Program-made: the position numbers and the translations under genes
Source of the DNA: an uncultured SAR86 cluster bacterium
Lineage (GTDB): Bacteria > Pseudomonadota > Gammaproteobacteria > Magnimaribacterales > D2472
Length of the DNA: 64,000 nucleotides
Direction of reading: 5' to 3'
Assembly: GCA_902511575.1 (NCBI GenBank)
Contig: CABXFU010000005.1
Coordinates: 2,753-66,752, forward strand
Notes under the pieces: generated by a model
What the model was told of the DNA's origin: nothing
Seen by the model: the letters and a program-made list of their open reading frames with translations, nothing else
Database searches by the model: none
In this document: positions 1 through 11,080 of the stretch, piece by piece
Position numbering within the stretch: position 1 is the first letter of the stretch
How the letters are laid out: every line of letters begins with the position of its first letter

Positions 1-210
1 TGGGATGAGAGACCTTTACTTTTCTTAATTACAAAAGATGGAAATGAGATTGATAAGCAGGAAATCAATGATTTCTTGCTAGAAAAAGTTGTTAAGTGGT
101 GGCTTCCCGATGATATTATTTTTGTTAAAGAGCTGCCGCATGGCGCAACAGGAAAGTTGTTGAAGGTTGAGTTACGAGAAGAATACAAAGAACATTTAAT
201 GGGAGAATAA
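1..210 (+). CDS. 3' end of an acyl-CoA synthetase / fatty-acid-CoA ligase (AMP-binding C-terminal domain; AlkK/DmdB-like), partial
   Basis: Manual translation of frame 1: WDERPLLF...[24 protein letters not shown]...MGE*, containing the A10 motif (PxxxxGK); stop at 208-210. Confidence 0.85.
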   Translation, partial: WDERPLLFLITKDGNEIDKQEINDFLLEKVVKWWLPDDIIFVKELPHGATGKLLKVELREEYKEHLMGE

Positions 211-211
211 T

Positions 212-673
212 ATGTTACACATTGTAAAACCTAATGAACTTGATTCAGTTATTGGTAAAGACCTTGGTGCTTCCGAATGGATGGTAATTGATCAAGAAAG
301 AATTGATAAATTTGCTGATGCAACTATGGATCATCAATTTATTCATGTCGATCCAAAACAGGCAGAACCTATTTTTGGTTCAACCATTGCTCATGGATTT
401 CTTTCATTATCTCTTGTCGCTGGTATCTCATTCGAGCAAGAAATTGGCATGGTGCTTGAGGGGACAAAAATGGGCTTGAACTACGGTCTTGATAAGGTTC
501 GCTTTTTAAGCCCTGTTCCAGTAAATTCAGAAGTTCGAATTCATACAAAATGTATTGATGTTACAGAAAAAAATCCAGGACAGTTTTTAGTTAAAAATGA
601 AGTATCAATGGAAATTAAGGGAGTGGACAAACCAGCGTATATTGCTGAGACTCTGAGCTTATTTATTACTTAA
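212..673 (+). CDS. MaoC/NodN-family (R)-specific enoyl-CoA hydratase (hotdog fold)
   Basis: FADATMDHQFIHVD and TIAHGFLSLS hydratase-2 motifs, NYGLDKVRF. Confidence 0.9.
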   Translation: MLHIVKPNELDSVIGKDLGASEWMVIDQERIDKFADATMDHQFIHVDPKQAEPIFGSTIAHGFLSLSLVAGISFEQEIGMVLEGTKMGLNYGLDKVRFLSPVPVNSEVRIHTKCIDVTEKNPGQFLVKNEVSMEIKGVDKPAYIAETLSLFIT

Positions 674-2096
674 GCTTTTCTTTTAAGATGCTATTAACTG
701 CCTTGGGGTTTGCTTTGCCTTCAGTTAATTTCATTACCTGTCCAACAAAGAAACCAAATAGTTTATCTTTGCCACCAAGATACGCCTCTACTTGAGAGGG
801 ATTTTCATTGATCACAGTCATAATAATTTCTTCAATGGCTCCGTCATCAGATATTTGTTTTAAGCCCTGAGATTCAATAATTTCATCTGGAGTACATCCG
901 CTTAAGCACATTTCTTCAAAAATAGATTTTCCAATTTTGCCTGAAATTGTTTGATCATCGATTCTGTTTATTAGCATCGCCACCTTATCTGCAGTTAGTT
1001 TTGATTCATGAATTTCTATCTGCTCTTTATTCAGATAGGCGCTAATCTCACCTATTAACCAGTTTGATAAAAGAGGGTAATTCTTTGTTTTTTCTACAGA
1101 AGCATCAAAGAAATCAGCCATAGATTTTGAAGATGAAATAATTTGTGAATCATATTCTGATAACCCAAGTTCCCTTTGATAACGAGCTTCTTTTTCCTTT
1201 GGCAGTTCAGGAAATTCATCTCTAATTTTTTGGATTTCCTGATCAGAAATAATTACTGGAAGCAGATCTGGCTCAGGAAAATATCTATAGTCATTAGCAA
1301 ATTCTTTTGATCTCATTGGTCGAGTTTCATCTTTGGAGCTGTCATAAAGTCTTGTTTCTTGAGTAACTTTTTCTCCATCTTCAAGTATTTTTATTTGCCT
1401 TTTAATCTCAAAATTAATAGCTTTTTCAATAAACTTAAAGGAATTAATATTTTTTATCTCTGTTCTTGTTCCAAGCTCTTTGACACCTTTTTTTCTTATG
1501 GATACATTGGCATCACACCTCAGTGATCCTTGAGCCATATTTCCATCAGACACATCTAAGTAAGTTACAAGCTGATGCATTGCTTTCATGTATGCAACAG
1601 CCTCTTTGGCATTAGATATTTCAGGTTCGGAGACTATTTCTAAAAGAGGAGTTCCAGCTCGATTTAGGTCTATCGCAGAGAAGCCATCATATTCATCATG
1701 GATTGACTTCCCAGCATCTTCTTCTAAATGGGCTCGTGTGATATTAATAGTTTTTACTGATTCCTCTAATTGAATATCTATTGATCCACCTAAAACAATT
1801 GGTAAATCCATTTGGGTAATTTGATAACCTTTTGGTAGATCAGCATAAAAGTAATTCTTTCTGTCGAATATCGAAGTCTGATTAATTTGTGCATTAACAG
1901 CCATTCCAAATCTAATAGCCTTATAAAAAGCTTCTTTATTCACAGATGGTAAAACTCCAGGAAGACCGCAATCAATTAGATTAACATTTGTGTTTGGACT
2001 GGCTCCAAAAGCAGTCGAAGCTCTTGAAAATAACTTTGTTTTCGTTGAAAGTTGAACGTGTGTTTCAAGCCCTATAACAGTTTCCCAGCTCATCAA
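666..2096 (-). CDS. gatB: Asp/Glu-tRNA amidotransferase subunit B
   Basis: IGLETHVQL, RKNYFYADLPKGYQITQ, DYRYFPEPDL; in gatCAB operon. Confidence 0.98.
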   Translation of the reverse strand: MMSWETVIGLETHVQLSTKTKLFSRASTAFGASPNTNVNLIDCGLPGVLPSVNKEAFYKAIRFGMAVNAQINQTSIFDRKNYFYADLPKGYQITQMDLPIVLGGSIDIQLEESVKTINITRAHLEEDAGKSIHDEYDGFSAIDLNRAGTPLLEIVSEPEISNAKEAVAYMKAMHQLVTYLDVSDGNMAQGSLRCDANVSIRKKGVKELGTRTEIKNINSFKFIEKAINFEIKRQIKILEDGEKVTQETRLYDSSKDETRPMRSKEFANDYRYFPEPDLLPVIISDQEIQKIRDEFPELPKEKEARYQRELGLSEYDSQIISSSKSMADFFDASVEKTKNYPLLSNWLIGEISAYLNKEQIEIHESKLTADKVAMLINRIDDQTISGKIGKSIFEEMCLSGCTPDEIIESQGLKQISDDGAIEEIIMTVINENPSQVEAYLGGKDKLFGFFVGQVMKLTEGKANPKAVNSILKEKLK

Positions 2097-3550
2097 AAAT
2101 CCTCCAAATTAGGCTGAGCAAGATGAAAGTCTGAGTTTTGTTGAAAAATATGAGAAGCATTCAGAAGCTGATCTTCCCTAAGAAAATTGCCAATTAATTG
2201 AAGTCCAACTGGCAGGGAATTAACTTGCCCATGTGGAATCGAGATAGCAGGCAGTCCAGCTAGATTGGATGAAATTGTGAAGAGGTCTTCGAGGTAAAGT
2301 TCAACAGGGTTTTGTGCACCTTTGCTACCAAATTTGAATGCAGTATTAGGCGAAGTAGGAGTCATTAAAACATCAACAGATTGAAAGGCATGATCAAAAT
2401 CATTTTTAATTAATCTTCTAACTTGTTGTGCCTTTTTATAGTAGGCATCATAATAGCCAGCAGACAATGCATAAGTTCCGATCAATACTCTTCTCTTAAC
2501 CTCATCTCCAAAACCCTCGCTTCTTGATTTAATGTATAAATCATTTAGATCATCTGTATCTTCTGCTCTATAACCAAAACGTACTCCGTCAAATCGAGAC
2601 AAATTTGATGAGCATTCAGCTGGAGCAATAGAATAATATGTTGGAACGGATGCTGAGATATTCGGAAGTGATACATCGACAAAATGAGCACCTAACTTTT
2701 CATATGTTTTTTTAGAATCTTCAAAACGAGCTTGAACTTCTGGGTCTAAGTCGCTTAGATTAAATTCTTTAATAATGCCTATCTTTAATCCATCGAGAGG
2801 TTGATTAATATTTTCCAAGAAATCAGGAACACTAGAATTTAACGATGTAGTATCTTTTGAGTCATGCCCTGACATTTCATTTAGCAATATGGCGCAATCT
2901 TCTGCTGTTCTAGCTAGTGGCCCAGCTTGATCTAGGCTTGAGGCAAAAGCAATCATTCCCCATCTTGAAACTCTTCCATAAGTTGGTTTTAATCCAGTAA
3001 TTCCGCAATGTGCAGCAGGCTGGCGAATTGATCCGCCGGTATCTGTTCCAGTGGCGGCAGGTACAATTCCGGCTGATACCGCTGAAGCAGATCCGCCAGA
3101 GCTACCTCCTGGAACATATCCTTTTTTCCAGGGGTTATGCACATTGCCAAAAAAACTAGTTTCATTAGAGGATCCCATTGCAAACTCGTCCATATTTGTC
3201 TTACCAATAGTGATTGATCCAGCATCCTCAAGTTTTTTAACTGCTGTTGCAGTATATGGAGGAATAAAATTAGAGAGTATTTTTGATGAACATGTAGTTC
3301 GAAGCCCTTCTGTGCAAAATAAATCTTTCTGTGCTAAAGGAATTCCTGAAAGCATCGAAGTAGTTTTATTCTCTAGATCGATAGAATTTGCATTTTTAGC
3401 TCCCAATTCTTCATTCATTGTTACAAAACAATTTAGCTCTTTATATTTTTGAGCCAATTGAAGAGATTCTTGAGTTAATTCTGAGGCAGAAATTGATTTC
3501 GTATCAAGCATAGCTCGAAGCTCAGTGATAGATTTGAATTGAATAGTCAT
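2093..3550 (-). CDS. gatA: Asp/Glu-tRNA amidotransferase subunit A
   Basis: Amidase signature GGSSGGSA, GTDTGGSIRQPA, SSNLSRFDG. Confidence 0.98.
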   Translation of the reverse strand: MTIQFKSITELRAMLDTKSISASELTQESLQLAQKYKELNCFVTMNEELGAKNANSIDLENKTTSMLSGIPLAQKDLFCTEGLRTTCSSKILSNFIPPYTATAVKKLEDAGSITIGKTNMDEFAMGSSNETSFFGNVHNPWKKGYVPGGSSGGSASAVSAGIVPAATGTDTGGSIRQPAAHCGITGLKPTYGRVSRWGMIAFASSLDQAGPLARTAEDCAILLNEMSGHDSKDTTSLNSSVPDFLENINQPLDGLKIGIIKEFNLSDLDPEVQARFEDSKKTYEKLGAHFVDVSLPNISASVPTYYSIAPAECSSNLSRFDGVRFGYRAEDTDDLNDLYIKSRSEGFGDEVKRRVLIGTYALSAGYYDAYYKKAQQVRRLIKNDFDHAFQSVDVLMTPTSPNTAFKFGSKGAQNPVELYLEDLFTISSNLAGLPAISIPHGQVNSLPVGLQLIGNFLREDQLLNASHIFQQNSDFHLAQPNLEDF

Positions 3551-3828
3551 TCAACAACTCTCGGGACAAGAAAATAATCCTCATTTGATAATGCAGCATT
3601 TTCAAGAAATTTTTCTTTTTTATTATCTGAGTTTTCGATGTCTTCATGTGTCAAGGCTGTCATTTCTAGCGGACTGTAAAGAGGATCAATGCTTGAGGTG
3701 TCAATCGTTTGCAAGCTACCAATGAGTTCAATGATTGTCTCAAGGTCTTGAATGATTTTTTTAGATTTATTTTTATCTATTTCAAGCCTTGCTAGATAGC
3801 AAATAGTACTGACTGTTTCTTGGTCCAT
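3547..3828 (-). CDS. gatC: Asp/Glu-tRNA amidotransferase subunit C
   Basis: 93 aa, LARL near the N-terminus, C-terminal YFLVPRVVE; upstream of gatA. Confidence 0.93.
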   Translation of the reverse strand: MDQETVSTICYLARLEIDKNKSKKIIQDLETIIELIGSLQTIDTSSIDPLYSPLEMTALTHEDIENSDNKKEKFLENAALSNEDYFLVPRVVE

Positions 3829-3901
3829 ATGATATTATCTATTTCTGATGCGCAATATTAAACTAAAAGCATCTTAAAATGAATTTACAGGGAATATCAT
3901 A

Positions 3902-4951
3902 GTGGATTTCAATCTATTTAAAACTGTTCGTGGCCTATTTTCTAATGATTTATCAATCGATTTAGGTACAGCGAATACTTTAATTTATACAAAGGACATA
4001 GGAATAGTCCTAAATGAGCCTTCTGTTGTGGCAATTCGCGAAAGCCGAGGCCAAAAAACAGTTGTTGCGGTTGGGCATGAGGCTAAAAAGATGCTTGGAA
4101 GAACACCTGGAAATATTAAAGCTATTAGACCTTTATCAGAAGGAGTAATTGCCGACTTTCAAGTTACAGAAAAAATGCTTCAACATTTTATAGCAAAAGT
4201 TCATGAGCAAAGATTTATTAAACCTAGCCCCAGAGTTCTTGTATGTGTGCCTTGTAGATCTACTCAAGTAGAAAGAAGGGCTATTAGAGAATCTGTCTTG
4301 GGTGCTGGAGCAAGAGATGTGAAATTGATAGAAGAGCCTATGGCTGCTGCTATTGGCGCTGGTCTTCCCGTTGAAGAGGCTAATGGTAATATGGTTGTCG
4401 ATATTGGTGGAGGAACTTCTGAAATTGCCATTCTTTCTTTGAATGGGGTTGTATATGCTGAGTCAGTTAAAATCGGCGGAGATCTCATGGATAGCTCAAT
4501 TACTTCTTGGGTTAGAAGAAATTATGGCTGCGTTATTGGAGAATCCACTGCTGAAAAAATTAAATATACTATTGGGTGTGCATCTCCTGATTCAGAAGAT
4601 CTGGAAATGAATGTAACTGGACGTAATTTAGCAGAAGGAATCCCGGAAACTTTTACATTAAAAAGCTCTCAAGTATATGAGGCTATGCGAGATCCTTTAT
4701 CTGGGATGGTAAGGGCTATCAGAAATGCTCTTGAGCTTTCTCCTCCAGAGCTTGCAGCAGATATTGCTGAAAGAGGCATTGTTCTGACGGGTGGGGGAGC
4801 ATTGATGAGAGATTTAGATAAATTAATTTCTTCCTCCACTGGAATCCCAGTAATTTGTGCTGAAGATCCATTAACATGTGTAGCAAGAGGTGGGGGCAAG
4901 GCTCTTGAAATTATCGACAAGTACAATATTGATTTACTTTCAACAGAATAA
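3902..4951 (+). CDS. mreB: Rod shape-determining actin homolog MreB
   Basis: [30 protein letters not shown]; GTG start. Confidence 0.98.
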   Translation: MDFNLFKTVRGLFSNDLSIDLGTANTLIYTKDIGIVLNEPSVVAIRESRGQKTVVAVGHEAKKMLGRTPGNIKAIRPLSEGVIADFQVTEKMLQHFIAKVHEQRFIKPSPRVLVCVPCRSTQVERRAIRESVLGAGARDVKLIEEPMAAAIGAGLPVEEANGNMVVDIGGGTSEIAILSLNGVVYAESVKIGGDLMDSSITSWVRRNYGCVIGESTAEKIKYTIGCASPDSEDLEMNVTGRNLAEGIPETFTLKSSQVYEAMRDPLSGMVRAIRNALELSPPELAADIAERGIVLTGGGALMRDLDKLISSSTGIPVICAEDPLTCVARGGGKALEIIDKYNIDLLSTE

Positions 4952-4961
4952 TTAATTAAAT

Positions 4962-5804
4962 ATGGCGAGATCTACGCCTACATATACTCCAGTAAGAAAT
5001 TACGCAATTGGCTTTTTTCTCTCAGCATTACTGTTATTTAGTGATATTAGCTATGGAGCATTTGCTCCTTTGAGAGGTTTTGTTAATGCTTCTACGCTAT
5101 ATGCCAAGATGATTTCTAGTGGCATATTTGAAAATATTGGCGAGACATTTTCTTCTTTCCAAAAAAATAAAATTATCTTACAAGAAAATAAGGAACTAAA
5201 AGAAAAAATTCTGCAAATCAGAACAAAGGATTTCATCCATAGAAAAGATAATGAAGAGAAGATCCAAATTATTAATTTTCATAAGAGTTTAATTCATGCA
5301 CTCAAAAATGATGATGTTGATATATATAAAATCGCTTCAATAGATCTACGAAATTATCTTTGTTGCTCAACACATAGAGTTTTTTTACAAAATACTAGAA
5401 ATGTTTCAGTAGGTAAAAATGCTCCAGTCTTTGCAGGCAGATCATTTATAGGTCAAACAAAAGATACCTATTTAAATTTTATTGAAGTTATTCTTTTATC
5501 AGATACGAGTCACGTACTGCCCATTAAATCGAATTTTTTGTATTGTGATGCTAGAGGCAAAGGCAAGCCGATGTTAATTTCTTGCAAACTAAATAAAAAT
5601 AATAAAAATTTTAAAAATCAGATAGGTGATGCCGTCTATACATCTGGATTAGGCGGAGTTTTTTTGAAAGATATAGAAATTGGTTTTATTTCAGCCATTA
5701 CTCCATTTTCAATCAACGAGGTCGAGGTTTTGATAACTTTAAAATCAAACCCCCTTGAAGAAACCTTCTATGGCATTATGAGTGAAGAGGCTGATGAAAT
5801 TTAG
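4962..5804 (+). CDS. mreC: Rod shape-determining protein MreC (divergent)
   Basis: N-terminal TM, coiled coil (ENKELK), GDAVYTSGLGGVF motif; follows mreB. Confidence 0.88.
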   Translation: MARSTPTYTPVRNYAIGFFLSALLLFSDISYGAFAPLRGFVNASTLYAKMISSGIFENIGETFSSFQKNKIILQENKELKEKILQIRTKDFIHRKDNEEKIQIINFHKSLIHALKNDDVDIYKIASIDLRNYLCCSTHRVFLQNTRNVSVGKNAPVFAGRSFIGQTKDTYLNFIEVILLSDTSHVLPIKSNFLYCDARGKGKPMLISCKLNKNNKNFKNQIGDAVYTSGLGGVFLKDIEIGFISAITPFSINEVEVLITLKSNPLEETFYGIMSEEADEI

Positions 5805-6270
5805 CAATCACCTCATTACTCTTTCAACTATTATTTTAGGATTTTGGATAGATGATTTCCTGAATCCCATAACTATAAAATTATATTTGGAATTAAATTT
5901 TGGTTTTTTAATTTTTGCATATTGGGTTTTTGCAATGCCAGAGAAATTGCATAGCTCAGCAGCATTATTTTATGGACTAGTTACTGATTTACTTTTTTCA
6001 AATGTGATTGGTTTTAATATGCTGTTTTTTATTGCAACTTCTTACATCATTCACTTATATGTTTTTCGTTTTAGAATTTTTTCTTATTTTCAACTATCAG
6101 CTTTCTTCTCAGGCTCATCTACATTTTATATAGCATGCAAGTACCTTTTGCTTTCTCCCTATAATTACTCTTATATTGTCTTGATACTCAGCTTTTTAAT
6201 TAATGCAGTTTTATGGGTAGGACTTTATTTAATCATGAGAGCTTTTCGAAGAAGTATTTTTAATTTATAA
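5794..6270 (+). CDS. mreD: Rod shape-determining protein MreD
   Basis: Hydrophobic ~160 aa with YW...P and GLVTDLL motifs; follows mreC. Start placed at the second ATG (ORF track begins 5782). Confidence 0.85.
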   Translation: MKFSNHLITLSTIILGFWIDDFLNPITIKLYLELNFGFLIFAYWVFAMPEKLHSSAALFYGLVTDLLFSNVIGFNMLFFIATSYIIHLYVFRFRIFSYFQLSAFFSGSSTFYIACKYLLLSPYNYSYIVLILSFLINAVLWVGLYLIMRAFRRSIFNL

Positions 6271-6273
6271 AAC

Positions 6274-9200
6274 ATGAAAAAGTTATTGAGTATCTCTGCA
6301 ATTTGCCTGAGTATTTCAAGTTGGGCATTTTTTTTATTTCTTACAATCCTGGCTTTTTCACCTTCGAGCCTAATTCAAAGCATTGATCGGCATGTTTTGA
6401 CCACCCACTCAATAGAGTTTTCTAAACTTCAAAACTCTGGAAATGCTTTGCATAGGAATTTGACTTTTAATGATTTACGCATCATGCACAATGATAAGGT
6501 GCTAATTCAGGCTAAAGAATTAGAACTAGGATTCTCTTTAAAACCTCATAACCTTTTTAACTTTCTTACTGTTAATAGCATCGTCATAAAAGATGGTTAC
6601 TTTGATAGCTCAAATATACGAACCAGTAATTCATCTCCAAGTTCCACGGTAAATCTTGGTGATAAATTTTCATTGTCATTTAAAAATTTTAAATACGAAA
6701 TTGATGATTTAATATTTGAAATCAATGGCGATCTTTTGAGAGACTTCTCAAGATTAATTTCTGGTCAGCTTAGTTTTTTGCATAACAATCAATTAAGTAC
6801 CATTGCTGTGAATAGTTTTGAGGGTTCTTATCGTTTCTCATTAAACCTTCATTCACATGAGTGGCTAAATTTTATTCCTGCATTTAATACTTCGCCTGTT
6901 AAAGATTTGGCATTCCAAATCAATGCACTTGGTGAATTGAAGGACAAGCAATCAAACATTAAGGGCTCTTTTAACTCCAGCAGTCTATCTTTTAAATCCC
7001 TATCAATTAACCAAAATAAAGGATCTTTTCATTTCCAGTCTCAAGAAAATATAGGCACATTGTCATTAACTGAATTTCTACACCCATTAATAGATGAAGA
7101 ATATCCAATTCAAATTAATCTTCACCAAAAAACTTTAGCAGTTCCAAGATTTTTTCTTTCGCCTCAGATTTTACAAAGCAAGACATTGCAGATATCCAAT
7201 TTAGTTATTGAAAATTTTTTTCTATCATTCGATGCCTTCCTTCCAAAATATTCTGGATTTGTAAAGGATATAGACATTAATGACCTTTATTTCAAAGAAA
7301 TCAATAATCTTAGTGGGGACTTTTCTGGCTATGGAAACAAGATAAAATTCTTAGTAGATTCCAATTCCTCCATACTTAAAAACTATAATCAAAACCTCAT
7401 TCCAGTATCTATTTCTGGAGAAGGAAATCTTTATGGTTCCGTTTTTGATCTAAAAGCTCGCATTAACAATAAATCCGCTGGAATAGATCTCGCTTTGAAG
7501 ATTAATCCAGAGCAAAGCAACCCTTTATCCATTGAGCTCAAAGGGCATGATCTTTCAAAAGACTTAATTGCATTTTCGCTTCCCAAATCCCTGAAAGAGG
7601 CGAGTTCATATATTGATACAAGCATTAATCTAGGAATTAAAAATTCAATTTATTTTAACTACTTTATTCCTAGCATTGGCCTTAATGCTGATTTGAAAGC
7701 AAAAATATTAATCAATGAATCAAAATTAGTGCTTAATAAAGATTCAGCGATTGACTTTGCTAGAGCAATAATTGAAGTTGATAATAAAAATCTATATATT
7801 TTTTCTCCTTCCGGCAAAGCTGTCAATTTTTCCTATGATGAAGCTTATGGGTTAATTAATTATAAAACTAAAAAGCTCAGCTTTTATTCTTTGCATAATA
7901 TGAAATCAATTGATCTTAAGAATGCATTCAGCATAGGAGCAGAGAGCTTTAATTTTCCTGATATGTATGCAGAACACAAAGGTGAAATGAAACTTTCTGC
8001 TTTGAAATTCAATAATGCCATTTCAGTCAAAACAAAAAATTTTTTTGTACCAATATTGCAGTCTCATAAGATCCAATTTGATCAGGCAAAAATCTTCATT
8101 GTTGATTTAGATTTAATCCACGGATTATTACCATCAACATTTATTAAAGAGGAAATGTCAGTCAATCTTTTGGGCGCAGGCTTAACAAATAAATATGATT
8201 TAACTTTCTCTGGAAATATCAAATTAGATGCAGCGAACTTTATTTCAGATTCACCCTATCTTCAGGTTTCCGGTAATGATTTTTTTAAGATTGATCTAAA
8301 TATTCAAAAAGACTCCCTACCAATCTTAAGGCTAAATTCTGATCTAAAAAATATTGAGCTAAATTCGCCATTAAATGAGCTTTCAAAAAATAAATTAATA
8401 AGATTGCCTACAGAAATTTCAATCACTAATTTTTCAAATCCATCGCTAAAAATTACTAATCAAAAACTAGATATGCATATTAAAAACTTAAGCAAATATG
8501 ATGGATATATTTCAATAGGCAAAAAACTCCCTAATAAGTATAAGAGTTTTAATGTCGAGCCTGGATTGAATATGTATCTTTATTCACAATTTTTTGATGA
8601 AAATCTATTAATTTCTTTGTTGCCTACTAACAATGAATCAGCATCATTAAACATTAAAAAACTGGCATTCGATATTAAAAATTTTAAACTTTTTAATAAT
8701 AACTTTGCTGATTTTTCTGGTTTATTTGACTTAAACAACTCAGAAATTAAAGGTAATTTAGCTGCAGATAGGCTTAATTTGAACCTCAAGATGGATCAGA
8801 CAGGTTTTATGAGAATAGAGATAAAGGACTCCATTATTCCTGATATAGAATTTATCAATTCATCACAATCAACCTCTGGTATAGCAATAAATTCAAGATT
8901 GATAGTTAAAAACTCTTCTTTTAGTAAAATTAAGATTAAAGATCTTGATGTCTACCTTGTAAATGATCAAAAGAATTTTTCAGCTAATAATATTAAATTA
9001 ACTTCAAATCTGGTATCTATCAAGCCGTCACATAAATCTTCAAGTGCATATTTTTCAGTCGATAAAGTGAAGCCTCTCTATAAAATTAGAGGAGATTTTC
9101 TGATTAAAGATTCGAATAAAATTCCATACTTAAGTGATGTCGCAGATTTTTCTTATTTTAATGGATTTATAAACCTACAATGGAAGGAGCTCTCAACTTT

Positions 9201-9714
9201 AAGTCATATAGAGGGGGAGAGCGATTTTATTTTGAAAGATTTAGTAATTCAAGATTCTATCTCTGATTCATTAGCATTTAATCTACTCGGTGTTCTAAAT
9301 TTAAGAAATATCCTTGGCAAGTTAGCAAACTTAGATCTCTCAATTGATGAGTTTACTTCTACGCAATTGGGAAGGGTTGAGGGGGATTTGCTATTTAGTA
9401 AGTCAAAGCTTCGATTAGTATCACCACTATTCATTGAAACAAATGCAGCAAAAATGAGGTGGGTAGGTCAGATTAATAAAAACTCTAAAAATAATCTGGA
9501 TGATTTAGATCTTAACTTAGACTTGAGAATTCGAGTGGGAGAAAACTTACCATGGTATGCAGCAATCCTTGGCGGGCTTCCAGCCGTTGCTGGCTCTGCT
9601 GTTATAAATGAAATATTTGAAGAAGATATAAATAATCTTACTAATTATCAATATGAAATTCTTGGTACTATTGCAGAACCAAAATTGGAAAGGGTTAAAC
9701 AAGAAATACAGTAG
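6274..9714 (+). CDS. yhdP: YhdP/AsmA-family phospholipid bridge protein (divergent)
   Basis: 1146 aa, N-terminal TM, beta-rich body, C-terminal AsmA-like LPWYAAILGG...YEILGTIAEPK; usual position downstream of mreBCD. Confidence 0.8.
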   Translation: MKKLLSISAICLSISSWAFFLFLTILAFSPSSLIQSIDRHVLTTHSIEFSKLQNSGNALHRNLTFNDLRIMHNDKVLIQAKELELGFSLKPHNLFNFLTVNSIVIKDGYFDSSNIRTSNSSPSSTVNLGDKFSLSFKNFKYEIDDLIFEINGDLLRDFSRLISGQLSFLHNNQLSTIAVNSFEGSYRFSLNLHSHEWLNFIPAFNTSPVKDLAFQINALGELKDKQSNIKGSFNSSSLSFKSLSINQNKGSFHFQSQENIGTLSLTEFLHPLIDEEYPIQINLHQKTLAVPRFFLSPQILQSKTLQISNLVIENFFLSFDAFLPKYSGFVKDIDINDLYFKEINNLSGDFSGYGNKIKFLVDSNSSILKNYNQNLIPVSISGEGNLYGSVFDLKARINNKSAGIDLALKINPEQSNPLSIELKGHDLSKDLIAFSLPKSLKEASSYIDTSINLGIKNSIYFNYFIPSIGLNADLKAKILINESKLVLNKDSAIDFARAIIEVDNKNLYIFSPSGKAVNFSYDEAYGLINYKTKKLSFYSLHNMKSIDLKNAFSIGAESFNFPDMYAEHKGEMKLSALKFNNAISVKTKNFFVPILQSHKIQFDQAKIFIVDLDLIHGLLPSTFIKEEMSVNLLGAGLTNKYDLTFSGNIKLDAANFISDSPYLQVSGNDFFKIDLNIQKDSLPILRLNSDLKNIELNSPLNELSKNKLIRLPTEISITNFSNPSLKITNQKLDMHIKNLSKYDGYISIGKKLPNKYKSFNVEPGLNMYLYSQFFDENLLISLLPTNNESASLNIKKLAFDIKNFKLFNNNFADFSGLFDLNNSEIKGNLAADRLNLNLKMDQTGFMRIEIKDSIIPDIEFINSSQSTSGIAINSRLIVKNSSFSKIKIKDLDVYLVNDQKNFSANNIKLTSNLVSIKPSHKSSSAYFSVDKVKPLYKIRGDFLIKDSNKIPYLSDVADFSYFNGFINLQWKELSTLSHIEGESDFILKDLVIQDSISDSLAFNLLGVLNLRNILGKLANLDLSIDEFTSTQLGRVEGDLLFSKSKLRLVSPLFIETNAAKMRWVGQINKNSKNNLDDLDLNLDLRIRVGENLPWYAAILGGLPAVAGSAVINEIFEEDINNLTNYQYEILGTIAEPKLERVKQEIQ

Positions 9715-11056
9715 CAAGACCAAGAAAAGAGAAGAAACCTATTACATCTGTCACAGTCGTCACAACAACGCTCCCAGCAATTGCTGGATCTTGATTAAAT
9801 TTTCTTAAAATTATGGGTATAAAAATACCTGCAATCGCTGAAAATATTAAATTCGTAACCATAGCTATACAAATAAGAGTTGCAATGATCAAGTCATCAA
9901 ACCAGAGATAGGTAATTCCACCAACTAAGATGGATAATAGGATTCCATTTACGATTGATACCGCTATTTCCCGTTTATATAACCATTTTAGATTCGATTG
10001 GTTGATTTGTTGAAGTGTTAACCCTCGAATCATAATCGTCAAAGTTTGGGTGCCAGCAACTCCACCCATACTTGCAACAATAGGCATTAGAATAGCTAAA
10101 TATACTATCTCATCGATTGTTGCTTGAAATAGGCTGATTGTCATCGATGCTATGAAAGCTGTTAGAAGATTGATCGATAGCCATAAAATTCTACTTCTTG
10201 CCGCTCTTGCTGGCGCAGCAAATGTGTCCTCAGCCACTCCGGCCATTCCAAGAAAATTTTGATCTGCATCTTCCATAATCACATCAACAACATCATCAAT
10301 GGTCACTCTTCCAATCAATTTTGATTCATCATCTACTACTGGCGCTGAGACCCAATCATTTTGTTCAAATAATCTTGATACATCTTTATCATTTAAATAT
10401 GCGTCCAATGGTTGAGTTTCAGTTTCCATGAGTTCTCTTACATTCAGGCCAGGATCTGAAACAACGATTAAAGAAATTGGCAAAGAGCCTAGATATTTAT
10501 TTTCTCTTGAAACAACAAAGATTTGATCAGTATTTTTTGGTAACTCTCGTTGAGCCCGAAGATACCTCATTACAACCTCTAGGTTATGCTTTGGCCTAAC
10601 ACTTATAATATCAGTGTTCATTAACCCACCAGCTGAATCTTCAGGATATTCTAGTGCTTCTTGAATTCTCTGCCTATCCCTTTGCGACATTGCAGATAAA
10701 ATATTTTCTGTTTTTTGATTTGGAAGAATTTGAAGAATGTCCACAATTTCATCAAGCTCTAAGTCACCAATTATAGTAATGAGTTCTTCTGGTGAAATTT
10801 CTGAGATAAGCTCTTGTTGAATTTCATCATGTAACTCAGCAATGATCTCACCCTCATCTTGAGTATCAATCAGTGACCATAAAAATTTCCTTTCTTTAGG
10901 TGGTAGAGATTCTATGCTGTGTGCTACCTCAGAAGGATGCATGCCAGATAAAATTCTTTTAATTTGGTTAATGGAGGGCTCAACCTCTTGACCCTGAATC
11001 CTTTTAAGTAGATCTTCAGACGAGAAGTGGTGAGGGGCAATCTCTTTCATACTCAC
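9695..11056 (-). CDS. mgtE: Magnesium transporter MgtE
   Basis: YPEDSAGGLM, CBS pair, SMGGVAGTQT, DPAIAGSVVVTTVTDVIG. Confidence 0.96.
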   Translation of the reverse strand: MSMKEIAPHHFSSEDLLKRIQGQEVEPSINQIKRILSGMHPSEVAHSIESLPPKERKFLWSLIDTQDEGEIIAELHDEIQQELISEISPEELITIIGDLELDEIVDILQILPNQKTENILSAMSQRDRQRIQEALEYPEDSAGGLMNTDIISVRPKHNLEVVMRYLRAQRELPKNTDQIFVVSRENKYLGSLPISLIVVSDPGLNVRELMETETQPLDAYLNDKDVSRLFEQNDWVSAPVVDDESKLIGRVTIDDVVDVIMEDADQNFLGMAGVAEDTFAAPARAARSRILWLSINLLTAFIASMTISLFQATIDEIVYLAILMPIVASMGGVAGTQTLTIMIRGLTLQQINQSNLKWLYKREIAVSIVNGILLSILVGGITYLWFDDLIIATLICIAMVTNLIFSAIAGIFIPIILRKFNQDPAIAGSVVVTTVTDVIGFFSFLGLATVFLV

Positions 11057-11080
11057 AATTTTAACTCACCAGATTATGAA

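Noticed and set aside
3051-3452. Many 60-140 aa antisense or alternate-frame ORFs (e.g. 3051-3452, 16119-16520, 18110-18535, 21915-22289, 48281-48643)
   Set aside because: All lie within well-conserved genes and carry no recognisable motifs; shadow ORFs
666-3828. gatCAB plus non-discriminating AspRS in a gammaproteobacterium
   Set aside because: Standard indirect tRNA-asparaginylation route in Pseudomonas-like lineages
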